Source: Candidatus Saccharicenans sp. (GTDB taxonomy: Bacteria > Acidobacteriota > Aminicenantia > Aminicenantales > Saccharicenantaceae). From it: 64,000 bases of DNA. Below are positions 1-9,323 of the stretch, one piece after another. The position numbers and the translations under genes are program-made. Location of the stretch: NCBI GenBank assembly GCA_035416665.1, contig DAOLNQ010000003.1, forward strand, positions 7,475 to 71,474. Direction: 5' to 3'. The notes under the pieces are model-generated. The model searched no databases. It worked only from the letters and a program-made list of their open reading frames with translations, and was not told the DNA's origin. Position 1 is the stretch's first letter, and every line of letters starts with the position of its first letter.

Positions 1-107
1 CAAATTAAATCTTTCTTGACAGCAGAAAGACTTAAATTGTATGCTGAAGGCTCAATCAAGGCAAAAAATTAAATTATTCTGCTACAAAAATACTAAAGGA
101 TGGATCA

Positions 108-1697
108 ATGGAAAAAGTTGTTTTACTGGGCGACGAGGCGGTTGCTCTTGGAGCTATCCACTCCGGTTTAACCGCTGCTTATTCCTATCCAGGCACACCG
201 GCCTCAGAAATCATGGAATTTCTGATCAGGCAATCAGCTGGTGGCAAAAATTTTGTAGCCAAATGGTGTGTCAATGAAAAGGTAGCTACAGAAGAAGCCC
301 TGGGCGTTTCCTTTGCCGGCCAGCGGGCCATGGTCTCCTTCAAGCATGTTGGTCTCAATGTTGCTGCTGACCCTTTTATCAATGCCGCTATCACCGGAGC
401 CAACGGCGGTCTGGTCATCGTCACAGCCGATGATCCTGGCTTCCATTCTTCTCAAAATGAACAGGATAACCGCTTTTATGCCGATTTTGCTCACCTGTTG
501 TGTTTTGAACCGAGCAGTCACCAGGAAGCCTATGATCAAACGCGAGAAGCCTTTGACCTCTCAGAAAAATTCGGCCTGCCGGTAATGATCAGACTGGTCA
601 CCAGGCTGGCCCACAGTCGGGCGCCGGTGGCGGTAGGAGAGCCAAGAGGGAAAAATCAGGGTTTTAAGTATGGCTACGGGCCGGACTGGACTCTCCTCCC
701 GGCCAATGCCAGGCGTCGCTATGGTGATTTGCTGCAGAAGCAAAAAGATCTGCAGTCATACGCCGAAGAATGTCGTTTTAACCAATTTTCTCCCCCCGAG
801 CCAGGCCAGCGGCTTGGAGTCGTTGCTTCTGGTCTGGCGGCCAGTTATTTTCGTGAAGTTGTCAACCGACTCGAAACCAGGCCGGCTTTTCTAAAAATTT
901 CAACCTATCCTTTTCCTCAGAAAAAGCTCCTCGAGTTGATTGATCAGGTGGATGAAATTCTGGTCATAGAAGAAGGCTATCCTTTCTTAGAACGGTTTAT
1001 CCGCGGCGTCACTGGCCTTCCCGGTAAGGTCATCAAAGGTAAGATGGATGGAACACTTCCTGCCTCTGGTGAGCTGAGGCCAGAGATCGTGGCCAGGGTG
1101 CTCGGGCTGCCGGTAAGGAATGGAGTCAGCCTGGGTGATTTCAAACTGCCGGCCAGACCGCCTCAGCTCTGTCCTGGTTGTCCTCATGCCGATACTTTCA
1201 AAGCTCTGAATGAAGCTCTGCAGGGTTATGAGCGGGGCAACGTTTTTTCTGACATCGGCTGCTACACGCTGGGTGCACTTCCACCTTACCGTGCGATTCA
1301 AAGCTGCGTCTGCATGGGAGCCAGCGTGTCGATGGCCAAGGGAGGAGCCGAGGCCGGTGTTTATCCTTCGGTAGCCGTCATCGGCGATTCGACTTTTGCC
1401 CATTCGGGTATAACGCCACTGCTTGATGCCGTCTATTCTCAGACCGACATGACCGTTGTCATCCTTGATAACAGTACGGTCGCCATGACCGGTGCTCAAC
1501 CCAGCTTCGGCACAGGCCAACCGCTGGACAGAATGCTGGTTGGACTGGGAGTTTCTCCGGAGCATATCCGGGTCATCACCCCTTTGCCCAGAAATCACCA
1601 GCTCAATGTCGGGATTATCAAAGAAGAACTGGCCTATCACGGCCTGTCGGTGATCATCGCCCGGCGAGAATGCATCCAGATTCTTGGTAACAAATAA
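108..1697 (+). CDS. iorA: indolepyruvate:ferredoxin oxidoreductase, alpha subunit (TPP-binding)
   Basis: 529-aa ORF. The N-terminal MEKVVLLGDEAVALGAIHSGL and the TPP-domain motifs are typical of IorA. A Cys cluster CPGCPH is present. It is followed 14 nt later by a beta-subunit-like gene. Confidence 0.85.
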   Translation: MEKVVLLGDEAVALGAIHSGLTAAYSYPGTPASEIMEFLIRQSAGGKNFVAKWCVNEKVATEEALGVSFAGQRAMVSFKHVGLNVAADPFINAAITGANGGLVIVTADDPGFHSSQNEQDNRFYADFAHLLCFEPSSHQEAYDQTREAFDLSEKFGLPVMIRLVTRLAHSRAPVAVGEPRGKNQGFKYGYGPDWTLLPANARRRYGDLLQKQKDLQSYAEECRFNQFSPPEPGQRLGVVASGLAASYFREVVNRLETRPAFLKISTYPFPQKKLLELIDQVDEILVIEEGYPFLERFIRGVTGLPGKVIKGKMDGTLPASGELRPEIVARVLGLPVRNGVSLGDFKLPARPPQLCPGCPHADTFKALNEALQGYERGNVFSDIGCYTLGALPPYRAIQSCVCMGASVSMAKGGAEAGVYPSVAVIGDSTFAHSGITPLLDAVYSQTDMTVVILDNSTVAMTGAQPSFGTGQPLDRMLVGLGVSPEHIRVITPLPRNHQLNVGIIKEELAYHGLSVIIARRECIQILGNK

Positions 1698-1711
1698 AGG
1701 AGCCAGGGACC

Positions 1712-2290
1712 ATGTATAACATTATAATTTCCGGAGTTGGCGGCCAGGGAATTCTATCCATAGCTTTTGTCATTGATCAGGCAGCCCTGGCAGAAGGACT
1801 TTATTTTTTGCAGTCGGAAGTTCATGGCATGTCGCAGCGGGGCGGGGCGGTTGAGTCTCATCTCCGACTTTCTGAGACAGAAATTTTCAGTCCGCTTATC
1901 CCGCTGGGAGAAGCTGATCTAATTTTAAGTGTGGAACCGCTCGAGGCTCTGCGCTATTTTTCTTTTCTCAAACCGGAGGGGACAGTCATCTCCAGCCGCA
2001 CTCCTTATGTCAATATTCCCGATTATCCACCCCTTGAGGAGGTTTTCAGAGAGATAAAAAAAGTCAGAGAAAGCTGGCTGATTGAAGCTGGCCAGCTGGC
2101 CAAACAGGCGGGTAGCATGAGGGCGGAAAACATGGTTGTCCTCGGAGCTGCCTCCCGCTATCTTCCTCTTCATGAGGACAATCTGAAAAAGTTTATCAGG
2201 GTTTTATTCCAGTCAAAAGGCGAGAAGGTGGTGGAAACCAATCTTAAGGCTTTTGACCTCGGCCGCCAGGCGGCAGAGAGCCAGTCCTGA
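1712..2290 (+). CDS. iorB: indolepyruvate:ferredoxin oxidoreductase, beta subunit
   Basis: 192 aa. MYNIIISGVGGQGILS is the hallmark N-terminus of the IorB / pyruvate-ferredoxin oxidoreductase gamma-like family. The gene sits tightly behind iorA. Confidence 0.8.
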   Translation: MYNIIISGVGGQGILSIAFVIDQAALAEGLYFLQSEVHGMSQRGGAVESHLRLSETEIFSPLIPLGEADLILSVEPLEALRYFSFLKPEGTVISSRTPYVNIPDYPPLEEVFREIKKVRESWLIEAGQLAKQAGSMRAENMVVLGAASRYLPLHEDNLKKFIRVLFQSKGEKVVETNLKAFDLGRQAAESQS

Positions 2291-2347
2291 GTTTCTGCAC
2301 AGTTGGCGGGAGAGGTAATTTATATAAATAAAATGAGGCCAGTTAAA

Positions 2348-4666
2348 ATGGAAAAAAATAATTCAGTGCGGGCGAGAAGAATTCTGGAAAGAGCAGAGAG
2401 TGAGGGTAGAAATTTTCTGCTGGAACCTGAGGTCTATGCGCTCTTAAAGCTTTTTGGTTTCAAAGTTCCATCTCATATCTTTTTAAAAAGTGGAGAAAAA
2501 CTCAAAGCTGATGACCTGAAAAAAATTAAAAGTAAAGAGGCGGTGGTCAAGGTTGTTTCGCCTCTTATTCAGCACAAGTCTGACGTGGGTGGTGTAGCCC
2601 TGGTCAAAAATTCCAGGCGCGAGATTGAACTGGCCATAAACGATATGAAGAAGCGGGTGGGTGTGGCCTTTTCTCGCCTGGATAAAAGCCATAAGATTTC
2701 TCCGGCGGAGGTGGAAGAATCAATCCGCGGATTTTTAATTGTCGAGCGTGTGAATTATCTTCAGGTTGGCTTCGGCTCAGAGATACTTCTCGGCCTCAGG
2801 ACAAGCAATGACTTTGGCCCGGTCATTACCTTTGGCGGTGGTGGACTGGATGTTGAATATTTAAATGCTCATTTTAAAACTGGCCATAATCTGGCTATTT
2901 TACCTTCCTCGCCGCTGCCGGCAACAGTGATGAAAGCCATCCTGGCCAGGACGGCCATTTATGGCAAAATAGCCGAAGAATTCCGGGGACAAAAACCTCT
3001 TCTCCAACCTGAAAAACTTCTGGAAGCAATCAAGATATTTCAGATTATCGGACAGAGTTTTTCTCTTTTCAATCAGAAGGAAACCTATACGATTGAAGAG
3101 CTCGAAACCAATCCGCTGGTTATGGCTGACGGTAACCTTTTACCGCTCGATGGTCTGTGCCGTTTTTCCAGACGTAAAATAGAACTGACGGTCAGGCCGG
3201 CCGAGCAGATTAAAAAGCTCCTCGAGCCTCAGACGATCGCCATTATCGGCGTTTCGGAGAAGATGAATACAGGCCATATTATTCTGAACAATATTCTGAA
3301 GAATGGTTTCCCGGCGGAAAATATCTATGTGGTCAAACCAGGAGTTCAAATGATCGAAGGCTGCCGCTGTGTGCCGAGTGTGGCTGAGCTGCCGGTGACG
3401 GTGGATCTTTTTATCCATTCGCTGGGAGCGGAACAGGTTTATCCGGTGATGAAAGACCTGGTTGAGCATGAGAAGGCTTATTCAGTGATTGTCATTGCCG
3501 GCGGCCTGGGTGAAAAAGCAGGAACTGAAGGCCTGGAAGCCAGCCTGAGAAATCTCTTAAAAGAAAAAAGGCAGGAAGGGAAAATTGTTCCGGTTGTTAA
3601 TGGCGGGAATTGCCTGGGCGTTATTTCCAAACCGGGAAGATATGACAGCATTTTTATTCCGGACTACAAACTCAAAAGACCGCAGGGTGTCAAAGCAGGC
3701 CTGGCCATGGTCAGCCAGAGCGGCGCCTTTATGCTGTCCAGGATGAGCAATGAAGGACGTCTTGAACCGGTCTATTCAATTTCTATCGGCAATCAGCTGG
3801 ATCTGACCGCGGGCGATTATCTGCAGTATCTTCAGGGCCGCCCGGAAGTAAAAATCATCGCCCTGTACCTGGAAGGTCTTCAGCCTGGAGATGGCTTGAA
3901 TCTTCTCGACGCCGCGAAAAAGTGTCTTGCCGCGGGCCAGAAAATTGTGGTCTATAAAGCCGGACGCAGTCCGGAAGGACGTAAAGCGACCTCGAGTCAT
4001 ACAGCTTCAGTGGCCGGCGACTATGCGGTGGCTTCGACCTTGATGTCTCAAGCCGGAATGATTGTCGCCGAAACCATTGATGAGTTTGAAAGCCTGATCA
4101 AGGGCCTGGCTTATCTGGCTGATAAGAAAGTGAACGGGAATCGAGTTGGTCTTATGACCAATGCCGGCTTTGAGTCAGTGATCATGGCCGATAGTCTCCG
4201 GGGAGAAAATGGCGAGCTGGTGCTGGCTGAATTTTCCGTGGAAACCGTCAGGAAGATAAATCAGGCCCTGGCGCCAGCTGGTATTGACCGCCTGCAGGAT
4301 GTCCATAATCCTCTGGACGTGACACCGATGGCCGATGATGCCACTTTCGGAGCCTGTGTCGAAGCTCTGCTCGAAGAAAAGAATGTTGACTGTGCCGTAG
4401 TCTCAATTGTTCCTGTAACGGCTGCTCTTCAAACTTTACCGCCAGGTGAAGGCCATGCAGAAAATATCTATGCCGAAAATAGTTTGGCCGGTTATCTCCT
4501 CAGAGCCTTCGAGAAGACAGATAAGCCGCTCATAATCAATATTGATGCCGGTGAGCTCTATGATCCGCTGGCCGCTTATCTCGAAGATCATGGACTGCCG
4601 GTTTTCCGTCGCTGCGATCGAGCGGTGAGCTTTTTAAGAAGATTTGTAGCCGTACAAAAAGGCTGA
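2348..4666 (+). CDS. ADP-forming acyl-CoA synthetase with fused ATP-grasp and CoA-binding/ligase domains (acetate--CoA ligase family)
   Basis: The ORF runs from 2303. A GAGG RBS favours the ATG at 2348 (MEKNNS); 2333 is an alternative. The N-terminal ATP-grasp region (LLEPEVYALLKLFGFKVP) is followed by a CoA-binding Rossmann segment (IAIIGVSEKMNTGHIILNNI) and a succinyl-CoA-synthetase-like region. It lies in an operon with iorAB. Confidence 0.75.
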   Translation: MEKNNSVRARRILERAESEGRNFLLEPEVYALLKLFGFKVPSHIFLKSGEKLKADDLKKIKSKEAVVKVVSPLIQHKSDVGGVALVKNSRREIELAINDMKKRVGVAFSRLDKSHKISPAEVEESIRGFLIVERVNYLQVGFGSEILLGLRTSNDFGPVITFGGGGLDVEYLNAHFKTGHNLAILPSSPLPATVMKAILARTAIYGKIAEEFRGQKPLLQPEKLLEAIKIFQIIGQSFSLFNQKETYTIEELETNPLVMADGNLLPLDGLCRFSRRKIELTVRPAEQIKKLLEPQTIAIIGVSEKMNTGHIILNNILKNGFPAENIYVVKPGVQMIEGCRCVPSVAELPVTVDLFIHSLGAEQVYPVMKDLVEHEKAYSVIVIAGGLGEKAGTEGLEASLRNLLKEKRQEGKIVPVVNGGNCLGVISKPGRYDSIFIPDYKLKRPQGVKAGLAMVSQSGAFMLSRMSNEGRLEPVYSISIGNQLDLTAGDYLQYLQGRPEVKIIALYLEGLQPGDGLNLLDAAKKCLAAGQKIVVYKAGRSPEGRKATSSHTASVAGDYAVASTLMSQAGMIVAETIDEFESLIKGLAYLADKKVNGNRVGLMTNAGFESVIMADSLRGENGELVLAEFSVETVRKINQALAPAGIDRLQDVHNPLDVTPMADDATFGACVEALLEEKNVDCAVVSIVPVTAALQTLPPGEGHAENIYAENSLAGYLLRAFEKTDKPLIINIDAGELYDPLAAYLEDHGLPVFRRCDRAVSFLRRFVAVQKG

Positions 4667-4729
4667 AAAGGTGCCAGGTAGTTTATAAACACCCTTGAAA
4701 GGCTGGACTCGGAAAAGGTAGGGCGAACA

Positions 4730-5356
4730 ATGGAACCAGAGAACAGGGAAGAGGGCAGTCAGGTTCTGTCTAAAATAGCCAGAAGAAAGGAACTTCAGGC
4801 ACAATATGGATATGACCTTGACCGGGAAAGATTGGCTGTGATCGAAGCGGCCAGGCCACTTGCTGGCCGGATGCTTGAAGCCGGAACAGGTCGAGGGCAT
4901 TTAGCCCTCAATCTGGCCAGGCTAGGCTACCGGCTGGTGAGTTTTGATCAATCAGCTGAGCAGCTGGAGTTTGCCCGTCAGAACCTCGAAGCCCATGGTC
5001 TGGCCGGGCTGGTGGAGCTCAGGCAAGAAGATGGAGAAAAGCTGTCTTTGGCGGATGATTCCTTTGATATCATTTTTGCGGTTAATTTAGTTCATCATTT
5101 AAAAAACCCTTATCGTGTCCTGGATGAACTCCAGCGCGTGCTGGCTCCCTCCGGCCGGCTGGTCATAAGTGATTTTAATGAACGCGGTCTCGCCATGATG
5201 GCTGAAATTCATCGCCTGGAGGGAGATGAACATGAAGTTTCCGGCGTCAGTCTGGAGGCAGTTGAGGCCTATTTGCAGGCTAAAGGAATGAATATAAAAA
5301 AGAGCTCGACTGATTTTGAGCTTATCCTGGTCGCCAGCAGCCCGGGTAAACTTTAA
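4730..5356 (+). CDS. class I SAM-dependent methyltransferase
   Basis: 208 aa. A SAM-binding motif I is present (LEAGTGRGHLALNLARLGYRLVSFD), followed by an acidic post-I residue and the FAVNLVHH motif. Confidence 0.7.
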   Translation: MEPENREEGSQVLSKIARRKELQAQYGYDLDRERLAVIEAARPLAGRMLEAGTGRGHLALNLARLGYRLVSFDQSAEQLEFARQNLEAHGLAGLVELRQEDGEKLSLADDSFDIIFAVNLVHHLKNPYRVLDELQRVLAPSGRLVISDFNERGLAMMAEIHRLEGDEHEVSGVSLEAVEAYLQAKGMNIKKSSTDFELILVASSPGKL

Positions 5357-5447
5357 TTGCAATGTTTTTGCCTGCTAGATATTTGACGGTACATTTAACG
5401 ACATTTTTTAAAATAGATTTCAGATTAAATCGGCCGTGGAGGAAAAA

Positions 5448-7382
5448 ATGAAGAATAATTTCAAATCAGGTCGGGGAAAAAGCTGGAAGGAAAGATTGTC
5501 TGTGACGCTTGGTCTCTTGCTGGTAGGGGTGTTCTTTTTGAACTCGCTGCTTCTGGCCGGAGCAGAGAAGAGTGGCGAAGAAAGGCGCTTCGGATCGGGC
5601 CGCATCGACTTAAATCTTTCTGTCCCATCTCAGGCTTCGGCCGAAAGTTTATCTCTCCCTCGACCGGAATATCCACGTCCTGATTTCACTCGCTCAAGCT
5701 GGCTCAATTTAAACGGCGAGTGGGATTTTACCTTTGATTTATCTGATTCAGGCGAAGAACGGGGGCTGCCGCAGGGAGAAGGATTTGATCGGAAAATTCT
5801 TGTTCCTTTTGCGCCGGAAAGTAAACTCTCCGGAATTGGCTTTACCGATTTCATGGCTGCTGTCTGGTATAAAAAACTGCTGACCATTCCCGAGGGGTGG
5901 CAGGGACAGAGAATCAAGTTAAATTTTGAAGCAGCTGATTATGAAACAACTGTCTGGATTAACGGACAGAAAGCTGGAACTCACCGTGGCGGTTATACTC
6001 CCTTTTCCTTTGATATTACTGACCTCTGTCAGCAGAAGGAGAATGTCCTGGTTGTCAGATGCCGGGATGATGTCCGCAGCGGGCGTCAGCCGTCCGGCAA
6101 ACAGAGTGAGCGTTATTATTCTTATGGTTGCATGTACCGGCGGACAACAGGTATCTGGCAGACAGTCTGGCTGGAGCCGGTCCCGGCGGTGAGAATAGAA
6201 AAATACCGCGTTTATCCTGACCTCCGGAACGGGCAGGCTGTCCTCCAGGTTTATCTCAATGAGGAGCCGGTCAGCGGCTTTCTGACCCTGGCTGTGGCCG
6301 ATGGTCAGAAAATCGTTTTTAAAGAAACAAGACCGGCGGCGCGACTAACCGGCTTTGTGGTCAGATTGAAGAATCCAAAACTCTGGAACATCAGAAACCC
6401 TTATCTTTATGATTTTACTCTGGAATTGAGCACCGCTGCTTCTGGCCCGGCTGTAGATAGCGTCCAGGGCTACTTCGGTCTTAGAAAGATAGAAGCGCGC
6501 GGCGAGAAAATTTATTTTAATAAAAAGCCACTTTTTATGCGCCTTGTTCTCGATCAGGGATTTTATCCCGATGGAATATATACTGCTCCCTCTGATGAAG
6601 CGCTGCGCCATGATATAGAAATTTCTCAGGCGGCGGGGTTCGATGGGGCGAGATTGCATCAGCGGGTTTTTGAGCGGCGTTTTCTCTACTGGGCCGACCG
6701 CCTGGGCTATCTCGTCTGGGGAGAATTTGCCGACTGGGGACTCGATTTAAGCCGCCCTGAAGCTCTCATTACTTTTCAGTCTGAGTGGCTGGAAGCAGTC
6801 GAACGAGATTTCAACCATCCGTCCATCATCGGCTGGTGCCCCTTTAATGAACGCTGGGGTGATAACTTTCCCGGTGTGATGGAGAGTATCTTCCATCTGA
6901 CTAAAGCTCTCGATCCAACGCGACTTATGATCGATGCTTCTGGCGGCTATCATCTGGTCATACCGGATGTTTATGATTCTCACAATTATGAACAGAATGT
7001 GGCTAAGTTTAAAGAAGCCTACGATGGCCTTCTTCTTTCGCCACCTAAGGTTTTCGTCAATGGCAGTAGAGAACGGCATACTCCTTATCAGGGGCAGCCC
7101 TATTTCGTGAGCGAATATGGCGGAATCTGGTGGAACCCTGGACAGCAGGATGATAAAGCCTGGGGCTATGGTGACCGGCCCAGGAGTTCGGAAGAATTTC
7201 TGGAACGCTATAAGGCTTTAACCGAAGTTCTGCTCTTTAACAGGCGAATAGCCGGCTTTTGCTATACCCAGCTCTATGATATCGAACAGGAAGTCAATGG
7301 CCTTTATACTTTTGAACGACAGCCGAAATTTGACCCGGCTTTCTTCTTCAAAGTTAATCAGCAAAAAGCAGCCATCGAATAG
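5448..7382 (+). CDS. glycoside hydrolase family 2 protein (beta-galactosidase/beta-mannosidase-like), secreted
   Basis: The ORF runs from GTG 5436. The ATG at 5448 lies 5 nt after a GGAGG RBS. An N-terminal signal/TM segment is present. The GH2 sugar-binding, Ig-like and TIM-barrel architecture is recognisable (WQTVWLEPVP, NHPSIIGWCPFNE). Confidence 0.75.
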   Translation: MKNNFKSGRGKSWKERLSVTLGLLLVGVFFLNSLLLAGAEKSGEERRFGSGRIDLNLSVPSQASAESLSLPRPEYPRPDFTRSSWLNLNGEWDFTFDLSDSGEERGLPQGEGFDRKILVPFAPESKLSGIGFTDFMAAVWYKKLLTIPEGWQGQRIKLNFEAADYETTVWINGQKAGTHRGGYTPFSFDITDLCQQKENVLVVRCRDDVRSGRQPSGKQSERYYSYGCMYRRTTGIWQTVWLEPVPAVRIEKYRVYPDLRNGQAVLQVYLNEEPVSGFLTLAVADGQKIVFKETRPAARLTGFVVRLKNPKLWNIRNPYLYDFTLELSTAASGPAVDSVQGYFGLRKIEARGEKIYFNKKPLFMRLVLDQGFYPDGIYTAPSDEALRHDIEISQAAGFDGARLHQRVFERRFLYWADRLGYLVWGEFADWGLDLSRPEALITFQSEWLEAVERDFNHPSIIGWCPFNERWGDNFPGVMESIFHLTKALDPTRLMIDASGGYHLVIPDVYDSHNYEQNVAKFKEAYDGLLLSPPKVFVNGSRERHTPYQGQPYFVSEYGGIWWNPGQQDDKAWGYGDRPRSSEEFLERYKALTEVLLFNRRIAGFCYTQLYDIEQEVNGLYTFERQPKFDPAFFFKVNQQKAAIE

Positions 7383-7634
7383 CAGAAGGAGAATATCGAG
7401 TTAGGTGGTGGCCACAACAGCCGTTTTGGTTGGTTAAAGAGAAAGCTTGTTTGCTTGATTGAGCCTGAGGGAAACTCAGCTAGCAGCTGAGGAGTTCATC
7501 CACTTGACGGTCCGGTGGAACATGGACCGACCCGGCGAGAAAGGGTGGCCTGGTTCAGGAAAGGCGATTCCAGCTCATTTTTAGTTTGACATTGCCTGTC
7601 AGCCTGGGGTAAAAGGTCTTAAGGGGAGGACAAA

Positions 7635-8669
7635 ATGAACCAGGCCGTTTCTCTGTCAGCTATTTTTTTATTTTTATTAAATTTGCCCTTCGGTCAGCAG
7701 CAGCTCCATACACCATTTGAAATTCTGAAAATGCTGCAGGAATCAAAAATTGAGTATGAGATCAGGATCCTGGAGGAAAAGATACCTCCGCCCGATTATT
7801 CGGATCGGCTGACCTCCAATTACTGGTATCGTCAGGATAAAGAGGGCAAAATAAAATCAGAGGAATACCGGATAAAGCCAGAGACGCAGAGCTGGCTGGA
7901 TAAAGCTGAACAGGAGTTTAGAAATCACAGTGACCGGCAGGCCAGGGAATATTACCTTAAGGCTCTGGCCAGTCAGCCAGAAGTGGCAGTGATCATGACT
8001 TACATCGGGCAAACCTATGAGCCCGAAGGGGATTTTGATCAGGCGGTGGAGTGGTATCAGAAGGCCCTGGCCGCCAATCCTGCTGACTATATGGCCCACT
8101 GGTTTCTGGCTGACGCTTTGGTTGCTAAAGGCGAGAAGGAACGCGCCCTGCAAGAGCTGACTCTGGCTCAAATTTTCAACAGAAATAATCCCAGAATGAA
8201 AAAATCAAGGGAGTTTATCTATAAAAGTTGCGGTCTAAAGGTCGAGGACTGGGTCTTCAATCCGCAATATAAGCTCGAAAAGACTGGAGATAATCAGGTA
8301 GTGATAAGCGCCGCCCCGGCCTGGTTAGCCTATGCCATGGCCAAGGCCTTATGGACGTATGAGCCAGGTTACGCTGCCTCCAGGGGTAAGCCGGCGTCTG
8401 CGGGCCTTTATTCAAGAGAAGAAGAGGAGTCGCTGGCGGCCGAATATGGCTACCTCAGCAGCCAGCCTCCAGAGCAGTTCAAAGATTATCCTGATTTAAA
8501 TGTTCTGAAAAGAGCCATTGAAGCCGGGAAAATTAGTGAGTATGTAATTTATGAAGTTCTGCTTCCTCAGTATCCCAGACTGGCTTTTGAATTGCCACCG
8601 GACATCATTGACTCTTTAAAACAATATGTTCTCGAAGTCAGGATAGAAAAAGAAACAGCAGCTCAATGA
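7635..8669 (+). CDS. TPR-repeat protein, secreted, function unknown
   Basis: 344 aa with an N-terminal signal peptide and TPR-like repeats (YYLKALASQPEVAV, AVEWYQKALAANPADYMAHWFLADAL). A GGGGAGG RBS is present. Confidence 0.5.
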   Translation: MNQAVSLSAIFLFLLNLPFGQQQLHTPFEILKMLQESKIEYEIRILEEKIPPPDYSDRLTSNYWYRQDKEGKIKSEEYRIKPETQSWLDKAEQEFRNHSDRQAREYYLKALASQPEVAVIMTYIGQTYEPEGDFDQAVEWYQKALAANPADYMAHWFLADALVAKGEKERALQELTLAQIFNRNNPRMKKSREFIYKSCGLKVEDWVFNPQYKLEKTGDNQVVISAAPAWLAYAMAKALWTYEPGYAASRGKPASAGLYSREEEESLAAEYGYLSSQPPEQFKDYPDLNVLKRAIEAGKISEYVIYEVLLPQYPRLAFELPPDIIDSLKQYVLEVRIEKETAAQ

Positions 8670-8778
8670 CCTGCCCGGGCTAAATTGATCAATTATTTCT
8701 ATTGAACCGGACTTGCTCTGCAGGTCGTTTTCTTATAAATTATAAAAAGGAAAAGGGTGAATAACGGAGGAATTGACG

Positions 8779-9234
8779 ATGCCAATTTATGAATATCGCT
8801 GCCGCCAATGCGGTCAGAAATCATCCTTTCTTCTCCTGTCTATTAAAAGCCAGTTTGAAGCTCGCTGTCAGCACTGCGGTAGCCCTGATCTGGTCAGGCT
8901 AATTTCCAGGGTGGCCGTGCTGAAATCAGAGGAAGAACGACTGGAAAGTCTGGCTGATCCCTCCCGGCTGGGTGATCTGGATGAAAACGATCCTCAAAGC
9001 CTGGCCCGCTGGATGAAAAAATTTGGCCGCGAAATGGGCGATGAACTGGGTCCCGATTTTGAGGAAGAGATAGATCAAGCTCTGGCTGAAGCTGAAAAAG
9101 AAAAAGCCGGTGAGAAGCTGGCCGAAGAGGACTCAGGTTCTTCTTTTTCTGATTATGATTCTGGTTCCGAGCTGGACGATGATTACGGGGCCGTGAGCGG
9201 AACAGGCCCAGAAGGGGAGACAGATCTGGATTAA
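8779..9234 (+). CDS. FmdB-family zinc-ribbon protein with acidic C-terminal tail
   Basis: MPIYEYRCRQCG...CQHCGS is the FmdB-type CxxC...CxxC zinc ribbon. The ATG at 8779 lies 8 nt after GGAGG; the ORF track starts at TTG 8773. The C-terminus is rich in D/E. Confidence 0.6.
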   Translation: MPIYEYRCRQCGQKSSFLLLSIKSQFEARCQHCGSPDLVRLISRVAVLKSEEERLESLADPSRLGDLDENDPQSLARWMKKFGREMGDELGPDFEEEIDQALAEAEKEKAGEKLAEEDSGSSFSDYDSGSELDDDYGAVSGTGPEGETDLD

Positions 9235-9323
9235 AAAACTCACCTGGCCAGTCCGCCTGTTAATTGAGCCAGCACTAAATCTAAAAAACGTTGGTGAACC
9301 TGGCAGGAAAGGGAGAATATTTG

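Noticed and set aside
41-277. A 78-aa ORF at the window start that overlaps the iorA start
   Set aside because: It is in a different frame from the well-supported iorA gene and has no RBS. It is an artefact of the upstream non-coding sequence.
987-1640. A 217-aa antisense ORF inside iorA, and many similar antisense ORFs of 60-200 aa inside the large genes
   Set aside because: They lie entirely within strongly supported CDSs on the opposite strand. The proteins are Arg/Gly-rich and low in complexity, typical of GC-rich antisense frames. Examples are 3140..3469, 5630..5917, 14577..14909, 15356..15850, 25705..26208, 32844..33455 and 33693..34082.
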